Positions 1 through 11,100 of a DNA stretch of 64,000 bases are shown here, one piece after another. The notes under the pieces are model-generated. The model was not told where the DNA came from and searched no databases. It saw only the letters and a program-made list of their open reading frames with translations. The stretch is from Eledone cirrhosa (lineage: Eukaryota), in NCBI GenBank assembly GCA_964016885.1, contig OZ024740.1:77128001-77192000 (forward strand). The letters are read 5' to 3'. Positions within the stretch are counted from its first letter, which is position 1. The number at the start of each line of letters is the position of its first letter. Both the position numbers and the translations under genes were made by a program.

Positions 1-1790
1 AGTTGTGGGTGGGGCTGGAGTGCTGTTGATGTTGATATTGGTGTTGTTAGCGATGGTATTGGAGTTGTAGTTGGTGTTGGTGGTGGGGCGGGAGTGCTGT
101 GATGTTGATGTTGGTGTTGTTAGCGATGGTATTGGAGGTGGCGTTGGTGTTGGTGGTGGGGCGGGAGTGCTGTTGATGTTGATGTTGATGTTGTTAGCGA
201 TGGTATTGGAGGTGGCGTTGGTGTTGGTGGTGGGGCTGGAGTGCTGTTGATGTTGATGTTGGTGTTGTTAGCGATGGTATTGGAGGTGGCGTTGGTGTTG
301 GTGGTGGGGCTGGAGTGCTGTTGATGTTGATTTTGGTGTTGTTAGCGATGGTTTGGGAGTTGGCGTTGATGTTGGTGGTGGGGCTGGAGTGCTGTTGATG
401 TTGATGTTGGTGTTGTTAGCGATGGTATTGGAGGTGGCGTTGGTGTTGGTGGTGGGGCTGGAGTGCTGTTGATGTTGATTTTGGTGTTGTTAGCGATGGT
501 ATTGGAATTGGCGTTGATGTTGGTGGTGGGGCTGGAGTGCTGTTGATGTTGATTTTGGTGTTGTTAGCGATGGTATTGGAGGTGGCGTTGGTGTTGGTGG
601 TGGGGCTGGAGTGCTGTTGATGTTGATTTTGGTGTTGTTAGCGATGTTATTGGAGTTGGCGTTGATGTTGGTGGTGGGGCTGGAGTGCTGTTGATGTTGA
701 TGTTGGTGTTGTTAGCGATGTTATTGGAGTTGGCGTTGGTGTTGGTGGTGGGGCTGGAGTGCTGTTGATGTTGATGTTGGTGTTGTTAGCGATGGTATTG
801 GAGGTGGCGTTGGTGTTGGTGGTGGGGCTGGAGTGCTGTTGATGTTGATGTTGGTGTTGTTAGCGATGGTATTGGAGGTGGCGTTGGTGTTGGTGGTGGG
901 GCTGGAGTGCTGTTGATGTTGATTTTGGTGTTGTTAGCGATGGTATTGGAGTTGGCGTTGATGTTGGTGGTGGGGCTGGAGTGCTGTTGATGTTGATGTT
1001 GATGTTGGTGTTGTTAGCGATGGTATTGGAGGTGGCGTTGGTGTTGGTGGTGGGGCTGGAGTGCTGTTGATGTTGATTTTGGTGTTGTTAGCGATGGTAT
1101 TGGAGTTGGCGTTGATGTTGGGGCTGGTGGTGGGGCTGGAGTGCTGTTGATGTTGATGTTGGTGTTGTTAGCGATGGTATTGGAGGTGGCGTTGGTGTTG
1201 GTGGTGGGGCTGGAGTGCTGTTGATGTTGATGTTGGTGTTGTTAGCGATGGTATTGGAGATGGTGTTGGTGGTGGTGTTGGTGGTGGGGCTGGAGTGCTG
1301 TTGATGTTGATGTTGGTGTTGTTAGCGATGGTATTGGAGTTGGTGTTGGTGTTGGTGGTGGGGCTGGAGTGCTGTTGATGTTGATTTTGGTGTTGTTAGC
1401 GATGGTATTGGAGATGGTGTTGGTGGTGGTGTTGGTGGTGGGGCTGGAGTGCTGTTGATGTTGGTGTTGGTGTTGTTAGCGATGGTATTGGAGGTGGCGT
1501 TGGTGTTGGTGGTGGGGCTGGAGTGCTGTTGATGTTGATTTTGGTGTTGTTAGCGATGGTATTGGAGTTGGCGTTGATGTTGGTGGTGGGGCTGGAGTGC
1601 TGTTGATGTTGATGTTGATGTTGGTGTTGTTAGCGATGGTATTGGAGGTGGCGTTGGTGTTGGTGGTGGGGCTGGAGTGCTGTTGATGTTGATGTTGGTG
1701 TTGTTAGCGATGGTATTGGAGTTGGCGTTGGTGTTGGTGGTGGGGCTGGAGTGCTGTTGATGTTGATGTTGGTGTTGTTAGCGATGGTAT
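1..1790. repeat. Sub-domain with a loosely alternating 148-bp dimer (GGAGGTGGCG monomer and GATTTTGG...GCGTTGATG monomer)
   Basis: 'ggaggtggcg' monomers alternate with 'gattttgg..ggcgttgatg' monomers (e.g. 280-380, 430-520, 580-670, 1490-1580). The same dimer type is found at 33.0-33.5, 41.6-42.2 and 44.9-45.2 kb. Confidence 0.65.
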
Positions 1791-4700
1791 TGGAGTTGGT
1801 GTTGGTGTTGGTGTTGGAGTTGGTGTTGGGGCAGGAGTGCTGTTGATGTTGCTGTTGGTGTTGTTAGCGATGGTATTGGAGTTGGCTTTGGTGTTGGTGG
1901 TGGGGCTGGAGTGCTGTTGATGTTGATGTTGGTGTTGTTAGCGATGGTATTGGAGTTGGTGTTGGTGTTGGTGTTGGTGGTGGGGCGGGTGTGCTGTTCA
2001 TGTTGATGTTGTGTTGTTAGCGATGGTATTGGAGTTAGTGTTGGTGGTGGGGCTGGAATGCTGTTGATGTTGATGTTGGTGTTGTTAGCGATTGTATTGG
2101 AGTTGACGTTGGTGTTGGTGTTGGTGGTGGGGCTGGAGTGCTGTTGATGTTGATGTTGGTGTTGTTAGCGATGGTATTGGAGGTGGCGTTGGTGTTGGTG
2201 TTGGTGGTGGGGCTGGAGTGCTGTTGATGTTGATGTTGGTGTTGTTAGCGATTGTATTGAAGTTGACGTTGGTGTTGGTGGTGGGGTTGGAGTGCTGTTG
2301 ATGTTGATGTTGGTGTTGTTAGCGATTGTATTGAAGTTGACGTTGGTGTTGGGGCTGGTGGTGGGGCTGGAGTGCTGTTGATATTGATGTTGGTGTTGTT
2401 AGCGATGGTATTGGAGGTGGCGTTGGTGTTGGTGGTGGGGCTGGAGTGCTGTTGATGTTGATTTTGGTGTTGTTAGCGATGGTATTGGAGTTGGCGTTGA
2501 TGTTGGTGGTGGGGCTGGAGTGCTGTTGATGTTGATGTTGGTGTTGTTAGCGATGGTATTGGAGGTGGAGTTGGTGTTGGTGGTGGGGCTGGAGTGCTGT
2601 TGATGTGGATTTTGGTGTTGTTAGCGATGGTATTGGAGTGGATGTTGATGTTGGTGGTGGGGCTGGAGTGCTGTTGATGTTGATGTTGGTGTTGTTAGCG
2701 ATGTTATTGGAGTTGGCGTTGGTGTTGGTGGTGGGGCTGGAGTGCTGTTGATGTTGATTTTGGTGTTGTTAGCGATGGTATTGGAGTTGGCGTTGATGTT
2801 GGGGCTGGTGGTGGGGCTGGAGTGCTGTTGATGTTGATGTTGGTTTTGTTAGCGATGGTATTGGAGTTGGCGTTGGTGTTGGTGGTGGGGCTGGAGTGCT
2901 GTTGATGTTGATGTTGGTGTTGTTAGCGATGGTATTGGAGATGGTGTTGGTGTTGGCGTTGGAGTTGGTGTTGGGGCAGGAGTGCTGTTGATGTTGATGT
3001 TGGTGTTGTTGGCGATGGTATTGGAGTTGGCTTTGGTGTTGGTGGTGGGGCTGGAGTGCTGTTGATGTTGATGTTGGTGTTGTTAGCGATTGTATTGAAG
3101 TTGACGTTGGTGTTGGTGTTGGTGGTGGGGCTGGAGTGCTGTTGATGTTGATGTTGGTGTTGTTAGCGATTGTATTGAAGTTGACGTTGGTGTTGGTGTT
3201 GGTGGTGGGGCTGGAGTGCTGTTGATGTTGATGTTGGTGTTGTTAGCGATTGTATTGAAGTTGACGTTGGTGTTGGAGTTGGTGTTGGGGCTGGAGTGCT
3301 GTTGATGTTGATGTTGGTGTTGTTAGCGATGTTATTGGAGGTGGCGTTGGTGTTGGTGGTGGGGCTGGAGTGCTGTTGATGTTGATGTTCGTATTGTTAG
3401 CGATGGTATTGGAGTTGGTGTTGGTGTTGGTGGTGGGGCTGGAGTGCTGTTGATGTTGATGTTGGTGTTGTTAGCGATGGTATTGGAGTTGGCGTTGGCG
3501 GTGGTGTTGGTGGTGGGGCTGGAGTGCTGTTGATGTTGATGTTGGTGTTGTTAGCGATGGTATTGGAGTTGGTGTTGGTGGTGGGGCTGGAGTGCTGTTG
3601 GTGTCGATGTTGGTGTTGTTAGCGATGGTGTTGGAGTTTGCGTTGGTGTTGGTGGTGGGGCTGGAGTGCTGTTCATGTTGATGTTGGTGTTGTTAGCGAT
3701 GGTATTGGAGGTGGCGTTGGTGTTGGTGGTGGGGCTGGAGTGCTGTTGATGTTGATGTTGGTGTTGTTAGCGATGGTATTGGAGTTGGTGTTGGTGTTGT
3801 GGTGGGGCTGGAGTGCTGTTGATGTTGATGTTGGTGTTGTTATCGATGGTATTGGAGTTGGCGATGGTGTTGCTGGTGGGGCTGGAGTGCTGTTGATGTT
3901 GATGTTGGTGTTCTTAGCGATGGTATTGGAGTTGGTGTTGGTGTTGGAGTTGGTGTTGGTGTTGGAGTTGGTGTTGGGGCAGGAGTGCTATTGATGTTGA
4001 TGTTGGTGTTGTTAGCGATTGTAATGGAATTGGCGTTGGTGTTGGTGGTGGGGCTGGAGTGCTGTTGATGTTGATGTTGGTGTTGTTAGCGATGGTATTC
4101 GAGTTGACGTTGGTGTTGGTGTTGGTGGTGGGGCGGGTGTGCTGTTCATGTTGATGTTGTGTTGTTAGCGATTGTATTGGAGTTGGTGTTGCTGTTGGTG
4201 GTGGGGATGGAGTGCTGTTGATGTTGATGTTGGTGTTGTTAGCGATGGTATTGGAGTTGGTGTTGGTGTTGGTGGCGGGGCGGGAGTGCTGTTGATGTTG
4301 ATGTTGGTGTTGTTAGCGATTGTATTGGAGTTGGTGTTGGTGTTGGTGGTGGGGATGGAGTGCTGTTGATGTTGATGTTGGTGTTGTTAGCGATGGTATT
4401 GGAGTTGGTGTTGGTGTTGGTGGCGGGGCGGGAGTGCTGTTGATGTTGATGTTGGTGTTGTTATCGATGGTTTTGGAGTTGGCGATGGTGTTGCTGGTGG
4501 GGCTGGAGTGCTGTTGATGTTGATGTTGGTGTTGTTAGCGATGGTATTGGAGTTGGTGTTGGTGTTGGTGGTGGGTCGGGTGTGCTGTTCATGTTGATGT
4601 TGTGTTGTTAGCGATGGTATTGGAGTTGGTGTTGGTGTTGGTGGTGGGGCTGGAGTGCTGTTGATGTTGATGGTGGTGTTGTTAGCGATGGTGTTGGAGT

Positions 4701-7700
4701 TGGCGTTGGTGTTGGTGGTGGGGCTGGAGTGCTGTTGATGTTGATGTTGGTGTTGTTAGCGATGGTATTGGAGTTGGTGTTGGTGTTGTGGTGGGGCTGG
4801 AGTGCTGTTGATGTTGATGTTGGTGTTGTTATCGATGGTTTTGGAGTTGGCGATGGTGTTGCTGGTGGGGCTGGAGTGCTGTTGATGTTGATGTTGGTGT
4901 TGTTAGCGATGGTATTGGAGGTGGCGTTGGTATTGGTGGTGGGGCTGGAGTGCTGTTGATGTTGATGTTGGTGTTGTTAGCGATGGTATTGGAGTTGGTG
5001 TTGGTGTTGGAGTTGGTGTTGGTGTTGGAGTTGGTGTTGGGGCAGGAGTGCTGTTGATGTTGATGTTGGTGTTGTTAGCGATGGTATTGGAGTTGGTGTT
5101 GGTGTTGGAGTTGGTGTTGGTGTTGGAGTTGGTGTTGGGGCAGGAGTGCTGTTGATGTTGATGTTGGTGTTGTTAGCGATTGTAATGGAATTGGCGTTGG
5201 TGTTGGTGGTGGGGCTGGAGTGCTGTTGATGTTGATGTTGGTGTTGTTAGCGATTGTATTGGAGTTGGCGTTGTTGTTGGTGGTGGGGCTGGAGTGCTGT
5301 TGATGTTGATGTTGGTGTTGTTAGCGATGGTATTGGAGTTGGTGTTGGTGTTGGTGGCGGGGCGGGAGTGCTGTTGATGTTGATGTTGGTGTTGTTAGCG
5401 AAGGTATTCGAGTTGGCGTTGGTGTTGGTGATGGTGTTGGGGCTGGAGTGCTGTTGATGTTGATGTTGGTGTTGTTAGCGATTGTATTGGAGTTAGCGTT
5501 GGTGTTGGTGGTGGGGCCGGAGTGGTGTTGTTAGCGATGGTATTGGAGTTTGTGTTGGTGTTGGTGGTGGGGCTGGTGTGCTGTTGATGTTGATTTTGGT
5601 GTTGTTAGCGATGGTATTGGAGTTGGCGTTGATGTTGGTGGTGGGGCTGGAGTGCTGTTGATGTTGATATTGGTGTTGTTAGCGATGGTATTTGAATTGG
5701 TGTTGGTGTTGGTGGTGGGGCTGGAGTGCTGTTGATGTTGATGTTGGTGTTGTTAGCCCTGGTATTGGAGTTGGCGTTGGTGTTGGGGCTGGAGTGCTGT
5801 TGATGTTGATGTTGGTGTTGTTAGCGATGGTATTGGAGTTGGTGTGGTGTTGGTGGTGGGGCGGGAGTGTTTTTGATGTTGATGTTGGTGTTGTTAGCGA
5901 TGTTATTGGAGGTGGCGTTGGTGTTGGTAGTGGTGCTGGAGTGCTGTTGATGTTGGTGTTGTTAGGGATGGTATTGGATTTGGCGTTGGTGTTGGAGTTG
6001 GTGGTGGGGCTGGAGTGTTGTTGATGTTGATGTTGGTGTTGTTAGCGATGGTATTGGAGTTGGCGTTGGTGTTGGAGTTGGTGGTGTGGCTAGAGTGCTG
6101 TTGATGTTGATGTTGGTGTTGTTAGCGATGGTATTGGAGTTGGCGTTGGTGTTGGAGTTGGTGGTGGGGCTGGAGTGTTGTTGATGTTGATGTTGGTGTT
6201 GTTAGCGATGGTATTGGAGTTGGCGTTGGTGTTGGAGTTGGTGGTGTGGCTAGAGTGCTGTTGATGTTGATGTTGGTGTTGTTAGCGATGGTATTGGAGG
6301 TGGCGTTGGTGTTGGTAGTGGTGCTGGAGTGCTGTTGATGTTGATGTTGGTGTTGTTAGCGATGGTATTGGAGTTGGCGTTGGTGTTGTGGTGTTGTTAG
6401 CGATGGTATTGGAGTTGGCGTTGTTGTTGGTGTTGGTGGTGAGGTTGGAGTGCTGTTGATGTTGATGTTGGTGTTGTTAGCGATTGTATTGGAGTTGGTG
6501 TTGGTGTTGGTGGTGGGGCTAGAGTGCTGTTGATGTTGATGCTGGTGTTGTTAGAGATGGTATTGGATTTGGTGTTGGTGTTGGTGGTGGGGCTGGAGTG
6601 CTTTTGATGTTGGTGTTGTTAGCGATGGTATTGGAGTTGGTGTTGGTGTTGGTGGTGGGGCTGGAGTGCTGTTGATATTGATGTTGGTGTTGTTATCGAT
6701 GGTATTGGAGTTGGCGTTGGTGTTGGTGGTGGGGCTGGAGTGTTGTTGATGTTGATTTTGGTGTTGTTAGTGATGTTATTGGAGGTGGCGTTGGTGTTGG
6801 TGGTGGGGCTGGAGTGCTGTTGATGTTGATGTTGGTGTTGTTAGCGATGGTATTGGAGTTGGTGTTAGTGTTGGTGTTGGTGGTGGGGCGGGAGTGTTGT
6901 TGATGTTGATTTTGGTGTTATTACTGATGTTATTGGAGGTGACGTTGGAGTTGGTGTTGGGGCAGGAGTGCTGTTGATGTTGATGTTGGTGTTGTTAGCG
7001 ATGGTATTGGAGTTGGCGTTGGTGTTGGTGGTGGGGCTGGAGTGCTGTTGATGTTGATGTTGGTGTTGTTAGCGATGGTATTGGAGGTGGCGTTGGTGTT
7101 GGTGGTGGGGCTGAAGTGCTGTTGATGTTGATTTTGGTGTTGTTAGCGATGGTATTGGAGTTGGCGTTGATGTTGGGGCTGGTGGTGGGGCTGGAGTGCT
7201 GTTGATGTTGATGTTGGTTTTGTTAGCGATGGTATTGGAGTTGGCGTTGGTGTTGATGGTGGGGCTGGAGTGCTGTTGATGTTGATGTTGGTGTTGTTAG
7301 CGATGGTATTGGAGTTCGCTTTGGTGTTGGTGGTGGGGCTGGAGTGCTGTTGATGTTGATGTTGGTGTTGTTAGCGATGGTATTGGAGTTGGTGTTGGTG
7401 TTGGTGTTGGTGATGGGGCGGGTGTGCTGTTCATGTTGATGTTGTGTTGTTAGCGATGGTATTGGAGTTAGTGTTGGTGGTGGGGCTGGAATGCTGTTGA
7501 TGTTGATGTTGGTGTTGTTAGCGATTGTATTGGAGTTGACGTTGGTGTTGGTGTTGGTGGTGGGGCTGGAGTGCTGTTGATGTTGATGTTGGTGTTGTTA
7601 GCGATTGTATTGAAGTTGACGTTGGTGTTGGAGTTGGTGGTGGGGCTGGAGTGCTGTTGATGTTGATGTTGGTGTTGTTAGCGATGGTATTGGAGTTGGT

Positions 7701-10700
7701 GTTGGTGGTGGGGCTGGAGTGCTGTTGATGTTGATGTTGGTGTTGTTAGCGATTGTATTGGAGTTGGTGTTGGTGGTGGGGTTGGAGTGCTGTTGATGTT
7801 GATGTTGGTGTTGTTAGCGATGTTACTGGAGGTGGCGTTGGTGTTGGTGGTGGGTCTGGAGTGCTGTTGATGTTGATGTTCGTATTGTTAGCGATGGTAT
7901 TGGATTTGGTATTGGTGTTGGTGGTGGGGCTGGAGTGCTGTTGATGTTGATGTTGGTGTTGTTAGCGATGGTATTGGAGTTGGCGTTGGCGGTGGTGTTG
8001 GTGGTGGGGCTGGAGTGCTGTTGATGTTGATGTTGGTGTTGTTAGCGATGGTATTGGAGTTGGTGTTGGTGTTGTGGTGGGGCTGGAGTGCTGTTGATGT
8101 TGATGTTGGTGTTGTTAGCGATGGTATTGGAGTTGGTGTTGGTGTTGTGGTGGGGCTGGAGTGCTGTTGATGTTGATGTTGGTGTTGTTATCGATGGTAC
8201 TGGAGTTGGCGGTGGTGTTGTTGGTGGGGCTGGAGTGCTGTTGATGTTGATGTTGGTGTTGTTATCGATGGTATTGGAGTTGGCGATGGTGTTGCTGGTG
8301 GCGCTGGAGTGTTGTTGATGTTGATGTTGGTGTTGTTAGCGATGGTATTGGAGTTGGTGTTGGTTTTGGTGGTGGGGTTGGTGTTGGTGTTGGAGTTGGT
8401 GTTGGGGCAGGAGTGCTGTTGATGTTGATGTTGGTGTTCTTAGCGATGGTATTGGAGTTGGTGTTGGTGTTGGAGTTGGTGTTGGTGTTGGTGTTGGTGG
8501 TGGGGCTGGAGTGCTGTTGATGTTGATGTTGGTGTTGTTAGCGATTCTATTGGAGTTGGTGTTGGTGTTGGTGGTGGGGATGGAGTGCTGTTGATGTTGA
8601 TGTTGGTGTTGTTAGCGATGGTATTGGAGTTGGTGTTGGTGTTGGTGGCGGGGCGGGAGTGCTGTTGATGTTGATGTTGGTGTTGTTAGGGATGGTATTG
8701 CATTTGGCGTTGGTGTTGGTGGTGGGGCTAGAGTGCTGTTGATATTGATGTTGGTGTTGTTATCGATGGTATTGGAGTTGGCGTTGGTGTTGGTGGTGGG
8801 GCTGGAGTGTTGTTGATGTTGATTTTGGTGTTGTTAGTGATGTTATTGGAGGTGGCGTTGGTGTTGGTGGTGGGGCTGGAGTGCTGTTGATGTTGATGTT
8901 GGTGTTGTTAGCGATGGTATTGGAGTTGGTGTTGGTGTTGGTGTTGGTGGTGGGGCGGGAGTGTTGTTGATGTTGATTTTGGTGTTGTTAGTGATGTTAT
9001 TGGAGGTGGCGTTGGAGTTGGTGTTGGGGCAGGAGTGCTGTTGATGTTGATGTTGGTGTTGTTAGCGATGGTATTGGAGTTGGCGTTGGTGTTGGTGGTG
9101 GGGCTGGAGTGCTGTTGATGTTGATGTTGGTGTTGTTAGCGATTGTATTGGAGTTGGCGTTGGTGTTGGTGGTGGGGCTGGAGTGCTGTTGATGTTGATG
9201 TTGGTGTTGTTAGCGATTGTATTGGAGTTGGTGTTGGTGTTGGTGGTGGGGCGGGAGTGCTGTTGATGTTGATGTTGTTGTTGTTAGCGAAGGTATTCGA
9301 GTTGGCGTTGGTGTTGGTGTTGGTGGTGGGGCTGGAGTGCTGTTGATGTTGATGTTGGTGTTGTTAGCGATTGTATTGGAGTTGGTGTTGGTGTTGGTGG
9401 CGGGGCGGGAGTGCTGTTGATGTTGATGTTGGTGTTGTTAGCGAAGGTATTCGAGTTGGCGTTGGTGTTGGTTTTGGTGGTGGGGCTGGAGTGTTGTTGA
9501 TGTTGATGATGGTGTTGTTAGCGATTGTATTGGAGTTAGCGTTGGTGTTGGTGGTGGGGCCGGAGTGGTGTTGTTAGCGATGGTATTGGAGTTGGTGTTG
9601 GTGTTGGTGGTGGGGCTGGAGTGCTGTTGATGTTGATGTTGGTGTTGTTAGCGATGGTATTTGAATTGGTGATGGTGGTGGGGCTGGAGTGCTGTTGATG
9701 TTGATTTTGGTGTTGTTAGCGATGGTATTGGAGTTGGCGTTGGTGTTGGTGGTGGGGCTGGAGTGCTGTTAATGTTGATGTTGGTGTTGTTAGCGATGGT
9801 ATTTGAATTGGTGTTGGTGGTGGGGCTGGTGTGCTGTTGATGTTGATGTTGGTGTTGTTAGCCCTGGTATTGGAGTTGGCGTTGGTGTTGGGGCTGGAGT
9901 GCTGTTGATGTTGATGTTGGTGTTGTTAGCGATGGTATTGGAGTTGGTGTGGTGTTGGTGGTGGGGCGGGAGTGTTTTTGATGTTGATGTTGGTGTTGTT
10001 AGCGATGTTATTGGAGATGGCGTTGGTGTTGGTGGTGGGGCTGGAGTGCTGTTGATGTTGATGTTGGTGTTGTTAACGATGGTATTGGAGTTGGTGTTGG
10101 TGGTGGCGCTGGAGTGCTGTTGATGTTGATGGTGTGTTGTTAGCGATGGTATGGGAGTTGGTGTTGATGTTGGTGTTGTTAGGGATGGTATTGGAGTTCG
10201 CGTTGGTGTTAGTGGTGGGGCTGGAGTGCTGTTGATGTTGATGTTGGTGTTGTTAACGATGGTATTGGAGTTGGTGTTGGTGGTGGCGCTGGAGTGCTGT
10301 TGATGTTGATGGTGTGTTGTTAGCGATGGTATGGGAGTGTTGTTAGCCCTGGTATTAGAGTTGGCGTTGGTGTTGGGGCTGGAGTGCTGTTGATGTTGCT
10401 GTTGGTGTTGTTAGCGATGGTGTTGGTGTTGGCGTTGGTGTTGGTGTTGGGGCTGGAGTGCGGTTGATGTTGATGTGGTGGTGGGGCGGGAGTGTTGTTG
10501 ATGTTGATTTTGGTGTTGTTAGTGATGTTATTGGAGGTGGCGTTGGTGTTGGTGGTGGGGCTGGAGTGCTGTTGATGTTGATGTTGGTGTTGTTAGGGAT
10601 GGTATTGGAGTTGGCGTTGGTGTTAGTGGTGGGGCTGGAGTGCTGTTGATGTTGATGTTGGTGTTGTTAACGATGGTATTGGAGTTGGTGTTGGTGGTGG

Positions 10701-11100
10701 CGCTGGAGTGCTGTTGATGTTGATGGTGTGTTGTTAGCGATGGTATGTTGGTGTTGTTAGCCCTGGTATTGGAGTTGGCGTTGGTGTTGGGGCTGGAGTG
10801 CTGTTGATGTTGCTGTTGGTGTTGTTAGCGATGGTATTGGTGTTGGCGTTGGTGTTGGTGTTGGGGCTGCAGTGCTGGTGATGTTGATGTTGGTGTTGTT
10901 AGCGATGGTAATGGAGTTGGCGTTGATGTTGGTGGTGGGGCTGGAGTGCTGTTGTTGTTGATTTTGGTGTTGTTAGCGATGGTATTTGAATTGGTGTTGG
11001 TGGTGGGGCTGGTGTGCTGTTGATGTTGATGTTGGTGTTCTTAGCCCTGGTATTGGAGTTGGCGTTGGTGTTGGGGCTGGAGTGCTGTTGATGTTGGTGG
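1790..11100. repeat. Heterogeneous sub-domain made of short dispersed multi-monomer duplications
   Basis: Shared rare variants: GGGGCAGGAG, GCGATTGTA, GCGAAGGTATTCGAG (5398, 9287, 9441), GGGGCCGGAGTGG (5513, 9556) and TTAGCCCTGG. The block near 1986 recurs at 7419 (offset 5433), and the block near 6694 recurs at 8761 (offset 2067). Confidence 0.7.

Noticed and set aside
1123-7190. E. coli Chi octamer GCTGGTGG (e.g. about 1123, 2354, 2804, 7178), and resemblance to the minisatellite core GGGCAGGAXG or Ig switch GGGCT/GAGCT pentamers
   Set aside because: Expected by chance in a GGT-rich repeat containing GGGGCTGG. Chi is not in the consensus, switch-type pentamers occur only about once per monomer, and nothing indicates a RecBCD or immunoglobulin context.
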